NCBI GenBank assembly: GCA_029838215.1
Contig: JALGVI010000097.1
Location: 1-41,064 of the forward strand
Direction of reading: 5' to 3'
Origin: Candidatus Helarchaeota archaeon
GTDB taxonomy: Archaea > Asgardarchaeota > Lokiarchaeia > Helarchaeales > RDOG01
DNA: 41,064 bases
The translations under genes were made by a program, and so were the position numbers. How positions within the stretch are numbered: position 1 is the stretch's first letter; each line of letters opens with the position of its first letter. Shown one piece after another: positions 26,054 through 35,317 of this stretch. The notes under the pieces are model-generated. The model was not told the origin of the DNA and ran no database searches. It saw only the letters and a list, made by a program, of their open reading frames with translations.

Positions 26054-28177
26054 TCATCCTTTTAAATTTTTAACAGCATCTTGAATCACGTTGATATCTT
26101 CGGCATCCAATCCGAAGCATTCATGAATTAATTTATCGAGTGCTTGTCTTGAATTGCTGCATTTTTCTGAATCGAGTGGAGTTCCTGCTCGAATTTTAGT
26201 GATTAATAGATCGACTTGTTTCGTGATTTGAGACTGTAGTTTAGAATCAGGGGGGAAAATGGGCATCATCTTCACGTGTTCAATCAGTATGCGCGGGAAA
26301 ATCTCTTTTTCTTGGAATAGCTTGAGATAAAGATAATTGAACAGCGTGGAATTAAGGAGTGCAAGGATGTTTTTCAATGAGTACCTGTTGTTGGTGAGAG
26401 TGATGTTATATATTGTTTGAAGCGTGCTCATCTTGCCTTCTTCGTCGATGCTTGCTTGGAGTTTTTTCCCTAATTGGCGCAAGACGATCTTCGGCGTGAA
26501 GTAGAGCGATTTTTTTTGCAATGACTTTTTGTCCACGTATTTGAATGGAGGTCTGATGATGTATGGTTGTACGTTGTTTCCACTGAGAATGGGAACGTCA
26601 GAGGGATGTTCGGGCGCATCTTTAAGTAGCGGAGCCGTTTTTCCGAGTTCTTCCCCCCGATGGATCTCGATTACTTGAGATAATGGCGTGTTTCCATTTA
26701 ACAGCTTCATTATTAGTTCCTGTTCTTGTCTTGTAAGAAATGGAAAAGAGTTCTTATATGTTCGTTGAAAAAATGCCTGAGCGATCCCGAGGCGTTTTCC
26801 CGAATCTTGTTGAAGCTGAAGCAATGAATCGGATTTGGTGAAAATGAATTCCCCACTTGCAGGGTGTTTACTTTTTTGCAGGATTAAAATGATGTTTGCG
26901 ACTTTGGGATCCTCAAAGACGCCTTTAACTTGGTGAATTTCTAGGATATTTGTTTCATCCAGGACCATTTTTCGAATGGATGCAAAGTTACTTCGAATTA
27001 AAAACGATTCGGGTATGATATAACCGAGATGACCTTTTTGTTTTAGGAGTTCAATACCCCGTTCCAGAAACAACGAATACAGGTCAAATTGTCCACGAGC
27101 GGTTTTAAAAGACTTCCGAAAGTATTCTTTTTCGATGTCATGAATTTCTTTCGAACTCAAGTATGGCGGGTTTGCCATCAACACGTCGAATCCACCTGCT
27201 TCGATGATTTCGGGGCATGCCAGTTCGAGCGATTTTCCGGTTTTTTCGTGCCTTTGTATTTCATTATTTTTTCGCAGGGCATCCCCAACGTGAAAATTCG
27301 TGAGGTCGGGCATCTTGTTGCAGCGTTCATGGAGTAATAGTAAAATAAGACGAATCTTGAATATTTCGACGGAGATATCTTGGATGTCCATTCCGTACAG
27401 GTTATTCTGGATCACTTCAAGTAGAAATTCCTGTCTTGACACGGCGTGAGAATGGGCGACGTGAGTTTCGTAAAATTCCAACAGAACTCGCAAAGCATTC
27501 ATGAGAAATGCTCCGGAACCCATTGATGGGTCAAGGATCTTGATGTTTAATTTATTTTCATTGGAGCAATAACGTGCTAAAATGTCATCAGATAATAATT
27601 TTTTACAAATCCAGTCCGTGATGATGGTCGGTGTATAGAATGAGCCTGTCTTGTCGGTTTTTTTTCGGGATTTATTTCGAATGCTTTTTTCCAAGAACTG
27701 CTCCAATATCTTGGGCGTGATCACGTCGTTGTTAGCTTCAAATTCGTTTAATGACCACTTGAATTGCTCTAACAATTTGAATAATGTCCGCTTTTCACGT
27801 GCGTGAAGCCAAACGTCATCGGGCATGAAGAGCGTCTTTTCGAATTTTGAACACTTGAACAGTGAGCTTCGGAAAAAAAAGGCGTTTTCATCTTTGGAGT
27901 TCAGGGGAAGTTTCACGCCATCAGAAAACAGGATCATTTTAGGGAGTAGATGGTCTTGAAAGAAATTTTCATAATTATTGCGCGTGAACTGGATTTGAAG
28001 AGCCATTTTTGGAATGAATCCGGATCGTTCGAGGAATTTCAATACCAAGATGCGAGATAACAAGATTTGGGGGAAATTTGATGGTGATTCTTGGTCCGTG
28101 GTGGACATGAAGGTTTCGATTTTTTCGTGAAATTCGGTCAGGATGTTCAAGAGAATTGAATTTTTATTTGAGATCAT
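26054..28177 (-). CDS. Second N6-adenine DNA methyltransferase, Eco57I/TaqI-like with TRD and no evident nuclease domain
   Basis: GSFYTP, ILDPSMGSGAFL, LYGMDI, FDVLMANPPY, DLYSLFLERG, PKIVLRQL..LALLNSTL. Confidence 0.9.
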   Translation of the reverse strand: MISNKNSILLNILTEFHEKIETFMSTTDQESPSNFPQILLSRILVLKFLERSGFIPKMALQIQFTRNNYENFFQDHLLPKMILFSDGVKLPLNSKDENAFFFRSSLFKCSKFEKTLFMPDDVWLHAREKRTLFKLLEQFKWSLNEFEANNDVITPKILEQFLEKSIRNKSRKKTDKTGSFYTPTIITDWICKKLLSDDILARYCSNENKLNIKILDPSMGSGAFLMNALRVLLEFYETHVAHSHAVSRQEFLLEVIQNNLYGMDIQDISVEIFKIRLILLLLHERCNKMPDLTNFHVGDALRKNNEIQRHEKTGKSLELACPEIIEAGGFDVLMANPPYLSSKEIHDIEKEYFRKSFKTARGQFDLYSLFLERGIELLKQKGHLGYIIPESFLIRSNFASIRKMVLDETNILEIHQVKGVFEDPKVANIILILQKSKHPASGEFIFTKSDSLLQLQQDSGKRLGIAQAFFQRTYKNSFPFLTRQEQELIMKLLNGNTPLSQVIEIHRGEELGKTAPLLKDAPEHPSDVPILSGNNVQPYIIRPPFKYVDKKSLQKKSLYFTPKIVLRQLGKKLQASIDEEGKMSTLQTIYNITLTNNRYSLKNILALLNSTLFNYLYLKLFQEKEIFPRILIEHVKMMPIFPPDSKLQSQITKQVDLLITKIRAGTPLDSEKCSNSRQALDKLIHECFGLDAEDINVIQDAVKNLKG

Positions 28178-28199
28178 TTAGGATCGTCCAACCGGTTTT

Positions 28200-29045
28200 T
28201 CATTCCTTGCGCAAGATCAAGATATTTTGATGAACCATTGATGGAACGTAAGCGTATGGATATCCGTAGACGTGGAGGCGCCGTTCAACGTCATACCATA
28301 CAATATTGGCTTTTAGGACATAACCCGCTTCAACGAGTTCTCGTGCCAGTTCGGCGTGCAAGAGGTGGTATTGGCTTCCACGATACATGTCTCCAACGAA
28401 AACTGCACAATAGCCCTTATGACGCAATTTTGAAAGGGTTTTTTCAAATACCTTTTTCATGGTGGAGAGCCACTCCTGTTTTGACGTGAGTTTATCACTG
28501 CCAAAATTCTGCAATATGCTTGCGGCGACGTTTCCTTTTTGTATGTTGCTTGCACCTCTCGTATGTTCGAGCTTGTCCATGTTCCAATACGGCACGTCGG
28601 TCAGCACGAAATCAAATTGGTCGTCCTTGATTTCATCAAGTTTGTTAGTGGCATCTCCAATAATGGTTTCCTGTTCTTCAAGACCTTCAAGAGAGCATAT
28701 TTCCTTATATATTTCCACCCATTTTGGGTTTATCTCGATTCCCAGGGCAGTCCGCCTGCCGCGTCCGTTTTTTTCACATAACGAGGCACCGAGCAGGGTT
28801 CCTCCCACGCCCATTAGTGGGTCAAGTATGCGTGCGCCCGATTTCGTAAAAATGCGTATCAAGTCCATGCACATGAGAGGGGGTTTATTTCCACCATGTT
28901 GCTTGCGTTTTTCGAATTGACAATGCTTGTTATAGTGCTTGTTAAAGACGCTCTTTGAAAAGAACTTCCATTCTTTCCCCGTCAGGTCGTTCAATTTATT
29001 TCGGGGGTCATATCCGCCTCTTGTTTCGTTCTTTTTTGATGCCAT
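28200..29045 (-). CDS. Amino-DNA methyltransferase (N4-C/N6-A family) with motif I before motif IV
   Basis: NKLNDLTGKEW N-terminus, H..NKP, ILDPLMGVGGT (motif I), GIEIN, GDA, VLTDVPYW (DPPY variant), IVW. Confidence 0.85.
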   Translation of the reverse strand: MASKKNETRGGYDPRNKLNDLTGKEWKFFSKSVFNKHYNKHCQFEKRKQHGGNKPPLMCMDLIRIFTKSGARILDPLMGVGGTLLGASLCEKNGRGRRTALGIEINPKWVEIYKEICSLEGLEEQETIIGDATNKLDEIKDDQFDFVLTDVPYWNMDKLEHTRGASNIQKGNVAASILQNFGSDKLTSKQEWLSTMKKVFEKTLSKLRHKGYCAVFVGDMYRGSQYHLLHAELARELVEAGYVLKANIVWYDVERRLHVYGYPYAYVPSMVHQNILILRKE

Positions 29046-29442
29046 GATGAAACCATCCTGAAACGTGCATGTATCTCATTCTTATTAACAATGCTTCTTT
29101 TTTAAATTCGAGATATTTTCTCACGATTAATTCTTTTGAGCTTTTTTTCATTGAATATTTCAGATTTTTCAAATATTTGTATATAGATACAAGACGAATC
29201 TCAAAGAATCATGGAGAGATAACTCAGAAATTCGCAATGAGAACAAATAATTGAAATATCGGTGAGTAAGAATAAATAAACTTTAAATGTCATCAATTTT
29301 TTAGATTTATTACACCGACGATAATGATATATCTTAATGCAAAGTGCATTATCGTCCTACTTGAATCATTTATTTAGTTGATTTTTCAGTAGATATTACT
29401 GAAGTTTTTAATCCAGATTAAGGATTCAAGGAGAGGATATAC

Positions 29443-31560
29443 ATGGAATATGAATGGAACTTTTCATTTGGTCGCGTTAGGTTACTGCCGGAGGAACTTC
29501 ATGTCATCGACCCTAGCATCAAATTCAATGAATTGGAAAAGGAGTACGGAGATGCCTTACGAGTCCTCGGAAAGGAAGCTCACGGGATCTTGAAAAAGAC
29601 TTGGAAGAAAGGAAAGACCGAAGTGAAAGAATTTCGTTCGTTTGTTGCAAAGGATGAGCTGAAGATCTGCTTCGAAAGGATTGCAGAGCAGGAAGGCGTT
29701 ACTGCGACCGAGAGGTCGTCCACGACTTCTTATGGAGTAGGCGATGCCGGAGCTTCTTCAAGCAGTGAGTCATATGAGGCAAGAGCTGCGACTACAGAAG
29801 AAGAAGAAGCCGTCGAGAGCAAGTACTTGGTAAAAGTGGATGAAACGGTTGATTACAAGATCAACCACGAAAACGAAGTTCTCGAATCTTCAGTCATTGG
29901 GTCCCTTTTGATCGAGAACCAGGGGACGAGCAATCGAATTTGGGACATTGACCTAAAGCTATCGGGTGGCGACACCACGGATCTTGATGCCACGGATTAT
30001 CACATCTTGGAGTTGGATCCCGAAGAAAAGTGGGAACAAGCATATAAGATTAACGTTGAAACGGCAACACCTCCTTTGCAGATAACGGAAAGTATTGATA
30101 CATTTCCTGATACGGAGGAAGATAGCACCACTTTCATTTTGGACAAGGAAAAATTAAGCGATTGTTTTTTCACGATCAAGTTAGAAAATACGGGAGACAA
30201 GACCATTAATGACGTTGAAGTGGTCAAGACCCTGTCTGAAGATTTTGAAAGCGTGAAGATATTAGAAAAGACTGGTGATGTTGATACTGAGTCTGATAAG
30301 ATTACATGGAAACTTGACGAGATCGGCCCCAATGAGACCGTGGAACTGAGCTTTAAAGCGGAAGTCAAGGCAGACGAGGTCAAGATTATTGATTCAGGTG
30401 AAATCAATGCCAAATACGTTCTCTCGGAGGGAACATTCAGCGGATTAAACATTGATTTCATTGACGGCTTGAGCAAGAACATCTACTACATTGATCGGGA
30501 TGAACGGGACGAAGAACCTGACGTGTGGGACTGCACGTTCATTTTCGAGAATCGTTCTGAATTCCCATTTCGGATTCAAAAAGTGGAGTTGAAGTCGGGT
30601 GACTACAACACCGAGGAGAAAACGTTCGCAGTAGAACCCAACGTTATCGTCAATCCGGGGAAGGAATGGGTTTCAGAGGCTTGGAATCTCGAAAGCGAGG
30701 ACTTGCCCACTTTCGGTGAAAACGTGCTTTTCACGATCGAACCCAACATCGTGATGCAGCTTTCGGCTTCAACCACGATCACGTCGGTCCCGATGATGGT
30801 CCTATCGCTTGAAGGCATCAAGGAGTTCTCGAAGACTCAAATACCGTCCTATCGAAAGACGGAGCTTGAAGTCAATATTGACGTTAAGACCACGGGCAAG
30901 GCGCCGATTGACGAAATTCGGATTGAAGACACGATTCCAAAGGATTTTGAGAATCCTGCCGAAGTCACGATGATAATTGAGGAAAAAGAAGTCAGTGCAG
31001 ATAACGTGACTCTTCGTTTCGAACCCGACACGGAAAGTGTTGACGATGAGCGAAAGATGATCGTCGAGACGAAAGACGTGCTGGAACACATCGGCGAGTT
31101 GGATGCGGAAACACATATCGTGTTGAAATATCCATTGAATTCGGTTCGTCCTGCAAGGGATGCTCGATATGATGCACCCGTCTTGTTCCAAGCATACACG
31201 AAACCGAAAGGACCCGTTATCGAGTGCTATATCGAACCAGAACCCATTGAAGTCGTCCATCAACGACGCAGGCTCACGGTCGGCAAGTCGGTCATGCCCG
31301 GCAGCAGCAAGGGATTATACGACATCCTGCTGATCTACAAGAACCGCGGCGACGCCGTCGAAACAGACGTGACCATAATGGACATGGTTCCCGATAACTT
31401 CAGCCTCGAATCTAGCGATCCCAATCCGGAAAAAGAAGGAAACCTGCTCACGTGGGTTTTTGAAAGCGTCGAACCCGATCAAAAAGTCGAAGTCCAATAC
31501 ACCATTAGGGGCGAAGGCGAATATCGCGTTCGGGACGCACAGGTCTTTCATAAGGCATAA
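29443..31560 (+). CDS. Acidic all-beta multi-domain (Ig/beta-sandwich) protein of Asgard type; first strands resemble the adaptin mu-homology domain
   Basis: Repeated beta-sandwich units (I-K-L-EN-x-G...V-x-K/D-x-I/L-P-x-x-F; LTW). N-terminal VKVDETVDYKINHENEVLESSVIGSLLIEN. GGAGAGG RBS. Confidence 0.6.
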   Translation: MEYEWNFSFGRVRLLPEELHVIDPSIKFNELEKEYGDALRVLGKEAHGILKKTWKKGKTEVKEFRSFVAKDELKICFERIAEQEGVTATERSSTTSYGVGDAGASSSSESYEARAATTEEEEAVESKYLVKVDETVDYKINHENEVLESSVIGSLLIENQGTSNRIWDIDLKLSGGDTTDLDATDYHILELDPEEKWEQAYKINVETATPPLQITESIDTFPDTEEDSTTFILDKEKLSDCFFTIKLENTGDKTINDVEVVKTLSEDFESVKILEKTGDVDTESDKITWKLDEIGPNETVELSFKAEVKADEVKIIDSGEINAKYVLSEGTFSGLNIDFIDGLSKNIYYIDRDERDEEPDVWDCTFIFENRSEFPFRIQKVELKSGDYNTEEKTFAVEPNVIVNPGKEWVSEAWNLESEDLPTFGENVLFTIEPNIVMQLSASTTITSVPMMVLSLEGIKEFSKTQIPSYRKTELEVNIDVKTTGKAPIDEIRIEDTIPKDFENPAEVTMIIEEKEVSADNVTLRFEPDTESVDDERKMIVETKDVLEHIGELDAETHIVLKYPLNSVRPARDARYDAPVLFQAYTKPKGPVIECYIEPEPIEVVHQRRRLTVGKSVMPGSSKGLYDILLIYKNRGDAVETDVTIMDMVPDNFSLESSDPNPEKEGNLLTWVFESVEPDQKVEVQYTIRGEGEYRVRDAQVFHKA

Positions 31561-31566
31561 TATCCC

Positions 31567-31582
31567 TTTTTTTTTATTTTTT
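31567..31582 (+). terminator. Oligo-T terminator
   Basis: T9-A-T6 immediately after the stop at 31560. Confidence 0.5.
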
Positions 31583-31698
31583 CGCATTAATGCTTCTCAT
31601 TTTCATTCCTCGCGTGTTTCAATCGCAAGAATTTAATATGAAATTCAGGACTTTACTTCAAGCACGCATTAAATTAATGACCAGTAGGAGAAACGATC

Positions 31699-32619
31699 GT
31701 GAGCAATTCAACAGAAAAAATCAAGAAATTACAGGATGAAATCTTGAAATTAAAGGACGAGAAAGACTTCGTCTTGCTGGCACATAATTACCAGCTTCCC
31801 GAAATTCAGGAAATCGCAGACTTCTGTGCGGATAGCCTGCAACTTGCAAATCACGCTAAAAATGACGTTGAATCCCAAAACGTGTTATTTGCCGCCGTGA
31901 AATTCATGGCAGAATCGGGAGCCATCTTGAACCCATCAAAAAACGTTTACGTGGCCAATCCCGAGGCACTCTGCCCAATGGCACGCATGGCGCCCGTTGA
32001 CCTGATGAAAAAGGTCAAGCAAGAATCTCCAGACCTGCCGCTCATGATGTACATCAACACAACCGCTGCGGCACGCGCCCAGGCGGATTTCATCTGCACC
32101 TCGGCGAATAGCCTGAAGATCGCCAAGGTCATCAACAAGCAGGAAATAAATTTCGCTCCCGATAAAAACCTGGCATACTTCATCCAGACAAGGCTGGGAA
32201 TCAAGGTCAATCCCGTGCCAATCACGGGACATTGCACGGTCCACGAAAGTTTCAAGGCAAGTTACATCACGAACTTAAAAAAGAAACACCCGAATGCCAT
32301 CACCATCGTTCATCCCGAGTGTCCGCCCGAGGTCCAACAAATCGCCGATTTCATCGGGTCCACCAGCCAGATGGAAAAATTCGTGAAGACATCGGACCGG
32401 AAAGAGTTCATAGTTGGGACGGAAGTGGGACTGATCGACAAGCTGAAACGAGAAACCGAAGGCAAGATTTTTTACAAGGCACACGACAAGCCCATTTGTT
32501 ATAACATGAAAAAAAACACGCTTGAAACGATCAACGATGAGCATTTGGTAAAAATTCCCGAGGAAATAGCGAAGAAAAATCGGCAATTGTTAAATGACAT
32601 GTTGAAAAATTCCGAGTAA
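31699..32619 (+). CDS. nadA: Quinolinate synthase A
   Basis: LAHNYQLPEIQEIADF..DSLQL, VKFMAES, CPMA, YINT, CTSAN, PDKNL, CTVH, VHPEC, GST, VGTE, CYNMK. All three Fe-S Cys are present. Confidence 0.96.
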   Translation: MSNSTEKIKKLQDEILKLKDEKDFVLLAHNYQLPEIQEIADFCADSLQLANHAKNDVESQNVLFAAVKFMAESGAILNPSKNVYVANPEALCPMARMAPVDLMKKVKQESPDLPLMMYINTTAAARAQADFICTSANSLKIAKVINKQEINFAPDKNLAYFIQTRLGIKVNPVPITGHCTVHESFKASYITNLKKKHPNAITIVHPECPPEVQQIADFIGSTSQMEKFVKTSDRKEFIVGTEVGLIDKLKRETEGKIFYKAHDKPICYNMKKNTLETINDEHLVKIPEEIAKKNRQLLNDMLKNSE

Positions 32620-32899
32620 TTTTTAGTATTAGTTACTAATGATCAGTTACACTTATATTAAGTGTAATTAAAGGCAAAATAGTTCAAAATTAAGAAAGTC
32701 AATGTTATCTCAGATCATAAATTTTACGAAAATGTCTTAATTCAGAGAAAATAATAGAAATATTCCATTTAACTTATCCTTTCTTAAAGATATTACCATT
32801 TGGGGTGGCTAAAAACGATAATTTCTATCTTTTTATTAAATACTTGATTTTAAATTTTGGAAAATTCATCTAATTATTCTCTTTATAAAAATAATGGAC

Positions 32900-32989
32900 A
32901 AGTTATAACTTTGAGATTAATTGTAATAACAATTAAATTTAAATATATTTGTTACAACAAATGTTATAACATTGAAGATGTTAATACAT
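32900..32989. promoter_or_regulatory. Array of five palindromic (T/A)GTTATAAC(A/T)-like boxes upstream of the island operon
   Basis: AAGTTATAACTT 32900-32911 (perfect), TTGTAATAACAA 32921-32932, TTGTTACAACAA 32949-32960, ATGTTATAACAT 32961-32972 (perfect), ATGTTAATACAT 32978-32989. Flanked or interleaved by TATA-like CTTTATAAAA (32881) and TTTAAATATA (32938). Confidence 0.7.
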
Positions 32990-33020
32990 TTAATGGATTG
33001 AAGAAAAGGGAAGAGTAATA

Positions 33021-34076
33021 ATGTCTTATGACAATAATTTATCTGACAATGAAACAAATGTTAAGTCAGAAGAATTCAAACAGTGTGATAACTGTAAAAC
33101 AACAAAAAGAAAATTATATCGAGTTAAAGATTTTGAAAATGGTCATATCGATAACTTATGCTACGATTGCAGATTCAATAGGTTTTTTGGACGAACCTTA
33201 CAAGAAATCTTAGATGATTCTGATGGATTTATTGTTGCACAAGAACTTTTTCAACTAGTTCGTAATGGTACCTATCTTGCACCTTATTCCCAAATCGCAA
33301 ATTATATTTATTTTGCATTTATTTCAGGTCAAATAAAAGACGGAAGTATATTGAAAGCAATTTTTGAAGATAAAAAGAATATATCACAGTTTAGTGAAAG
33401 AAGAGATGAAATAGTAAATAATCTTAAACGGGCTCACATCATCGACAGAGAAGATCAAGAAAAATTTTATTTTACACAAAAATTTTTAGAATTGCTCTAT
33501 AAATACCAAGATAAATCCGATGAATTATTTTCACGAATTTTAGGTTTGTGTCTAGTTAACATAATCTCATATAGTAAATATGATTCAACAATGAAGCAAA
33601 TATGGCTTAGATCTTTGACTAGCAATAAGATTATTAATAGAAACACTGGGGAGGCAGACGAAGAAAGATTAGTACAAGAAGTTGAAAAATATCGGTGTCT
33701 TGAATGTAATAGATTAATAGAAACAAAGGAACAAGCTATTGAACATTTGAAGGTTGATGAACATATTGATCTACCAAGAGAAGATCAATATGATAGACAT
33801 CTTGAGCCTATTTTTGAAGCCATTGGTTATAAGTTATATGTTAGTGAATTGGAAAAAACGATTCAAAGGCGAATGTCACCTTCCGCTTTTATGAAATTCT
33901 TTTCGGATGGAATTAATGCAAATTTCTACTTCTACTCGAAAAAGGGAGAAAAACTTATTAAAGAGGATGAAGACGGAAGAAGGTATTTCATTGTTAAGGC
34001 ACCATGGATAAGAGTTATGTGTAAAACCTTAGAAAAAATGAAAGAATTGGAATTAACAAAGGGGATTACAAGCTAA
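33021..34076 (+). CDS. Zn-finger / putative tandem winged-helix protein
   Basis: N-terminal CxxC..CxxC (CDNC, CYDC), internal C2H2-like CLEC-x12-H-x4-H. Two wHTH-like segments (RDEIVNNLKRAHIIDREDQEKFYFT; MSPSAFMKFFSDG..DGRRYFIV). The wHTH call is inference. Confidence 0.6.
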   Translation: MSYDNNLSDNETNVKSEEFKQCDNCKTTKRKLYRVKDFENGHIDNLCYDCRFNRFFGRTLQEILDDSDGFIVAQELFQLVRNGTYLAPYSQIANYIYFAFISGQIKDGSILKAIFEDKKNISQFSERRDEIVNNLKRAHIIDREDQEKFYFTQKFLELLYKYQDKSDELFSRILGLCLVNIISYSKYDSTMKQIWLRSLTSNKIINRNTGEADEERLVQEVEKYRCLECNRLIETKEQAIEHLKVDEHIDLPREDQYDRHLEPIFEAIGYKLYVSELEKTIQRRMSPSAFMKFFSDGINANFYFYSKKGEKLIKEDEDGRRYFIVKAPWIRVMCKTLEKMKELELTKGITS

Positions 34077-34823
34077 ATGGTACGATTAGATGAAGTACAA
34101 GAAATTCCTCTTCTTGGTAAATTTCACAACGATATATGCTCAAAATGCGTCTCCCTTATTAAACATCAATGCAATAATCGTATTAGTGATGGTGTGAAGG
34201 GAGTTTTATTCTACGGAGTTCCAGGAAATGGAAAAACGACTACGTCCTTCAAAATCATTGAGAAGATCTTTGCGGAATTGGGTCAAGGAATTGATTGGAA
34301 AGAGCACATGATATATACAGATTGTGGTGACCTTGCACATTATCGTTATGGAGAGACTGAACAAAAAATAAGAAACGTTTTTAAAAGAGGACAAAATAAG
34401 ACAAAATCTATAGTACCTATAATTTATATCTTTGATGACGCAGATGGTTTATTTATTACAAGAGATTGGGGCGTAAAACTTGAAGCATGGTATCTAGGGC
34501 ATTTAAATGTTTTTTTTCATCAGATTGATAATCTAGATACAAAAAAAGAATTTATAATACTAACTACCAATCGAGTTGATTTAATAGATAATGCAATAAG
34601 GGATCGATTATACGAAATCGAATTTCCAGAACCTAGTTTGGATGTTAAGATAGAATTATTAAAATACAAAACACGAAAATTAAAAATTGATAAAGATATT
34701 CAAAAAAACATGTTAAATATACTTTCTAAGGATAAAAATATAAAATCGTTAAGAGATGTCGAAAATTTTGTTCTCATGAAATATTTGGATGAGATCTGGA
34801 GGAAAGGAGGTTCTTTTGATTAA
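34077..34823 (+). CDS. Minimal single-domain classical AAA+ ATPase (CDC48/Vps4/Pch2-like clade)
   Basis: GVLFYGVPGNGKT (Walker A), pore-loop-like YRYGETE, IYIFDDADGLF..R (Walker B with D in place of E), SRH TTNRVDLIDNAIRDR, IEFPEP. Confidence 0.9.
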   Translation: MVRLDEVQEIPLLGKFHNDICSKCVSLIKHQCNNRISDGVKGVLFYGVPGNGKTTTSFKIIEKIFAELGQGIDWKEHMIYTDCGDLAHYRYGETEQKIRNVFKRGQNKTKSIVPIIYIFDDADGLFITRDWGVKLEAWYLGHLNVFFHQIDNLDTKKEFIILTTNRVDLIDNAIRDRLYEIEFPEPSLDVKIELLKYKTRKLKIDKDIQKNMLNILSKDKNIKSLRDVENFVLMKYLDEIWRKGGSFD

Positions 34824-35166
34824 AATTGGTGAATTCGATTATTTTTTAATTGAAGTTACGAATATGGAAGATAAAAATGATTACGAACTTTTAAAGAATT
34901 TATGCAGGAAGATTGCGCTGAAATCAGAAGTAATCGACTATAATATTAAGTATAAGGAAAGAAAAGCGTTAATAGAAGTTAAAAACTCTTCAAAAGCAAT
35001 ATTTTTAATGCATTTAATTTATAAAGAATTTAAACCATGGGTTTTAATTAAGGGAATTAAAAAATTGTTTAAGTCAGATTTTCCAAAAGAGATTTTTGGA
35101 GATGATTTTTTACCAAAAAAGTGGAATTCAAAGTTAAATAGTATTATTCATAATCTGGTTCATTAA
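34816..35166 (+). CDS. Hypothetical small alpha/beta protein (116 aa)
   Basis: TTG start at 34816, 5 nt after an AAGGAGG RBS, overlapping the AAA stop. Co-oriented in the operon. Confidence 0.7.
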   Translation: MIKIGEFDYFLIEVTNMEDKNDYELLKNLCRKIALKSEVIDYNIKYKERKALIEVKNSSKAIFLMHLIYKEFKPWVLIKGIKKLFKSDFPKEIFGDDFLPKKWNSKLNSIIHNLVH

Positions 35167-35182
35167 TAATTGGTGAAATAGA

Positions 35183-35317
35183 ATGAAAATATTCAATGAG
35201 GAAGAATTAGAAAAGATTGAAAAAGATATAATTGATACCCTAAAGGAGCTTAAAAGAACTAGTAGAAGTAATGCTCAAAAAATTATTGAGGAGGCTATTG
35301 AAAATGCTATCAATTAA
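35183..35317 (+). CDS. Small 44-aa helical protein missing from the ORF track
   Basis: MKIFNEEELEKIEKDIIDTLKELKRTSRSNAQKIIEEAIENAIN*. GGTGA RBS upstream, fills the gap exactly, overlaps the SMC-like start by 14 nt. Confidence 0.65.
   Translation: MKIFNEEELEKIEKDIIDTLKELKRTSRSNAQKIIEEAIENAIN

Noticed and set aside
23578-28177. BREX PglX or DISARM assignment for the large MTases
   Set aside because: No pglZ, brxC, brxL or drm genes are adjacent.
29069-29254. 61-aa ORF in the divergent intergenic region
   Set aside because: AT-rich promoter region with no RBS or motif; probably spurious.
30000-31587. Several overlapping minus- and plus-strand ORFs within the beta-sandwich gene
   Set aside because: Shadow frames of a well-formed 705-aa CDS.
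32900-32989. Palindromic boxes as a degenerate CRISPR array
   Set aside because: Units are only 10-12 bp with irregular 0-16 bp gaps, which fits operators or iterons rather than repeat-spacer units.
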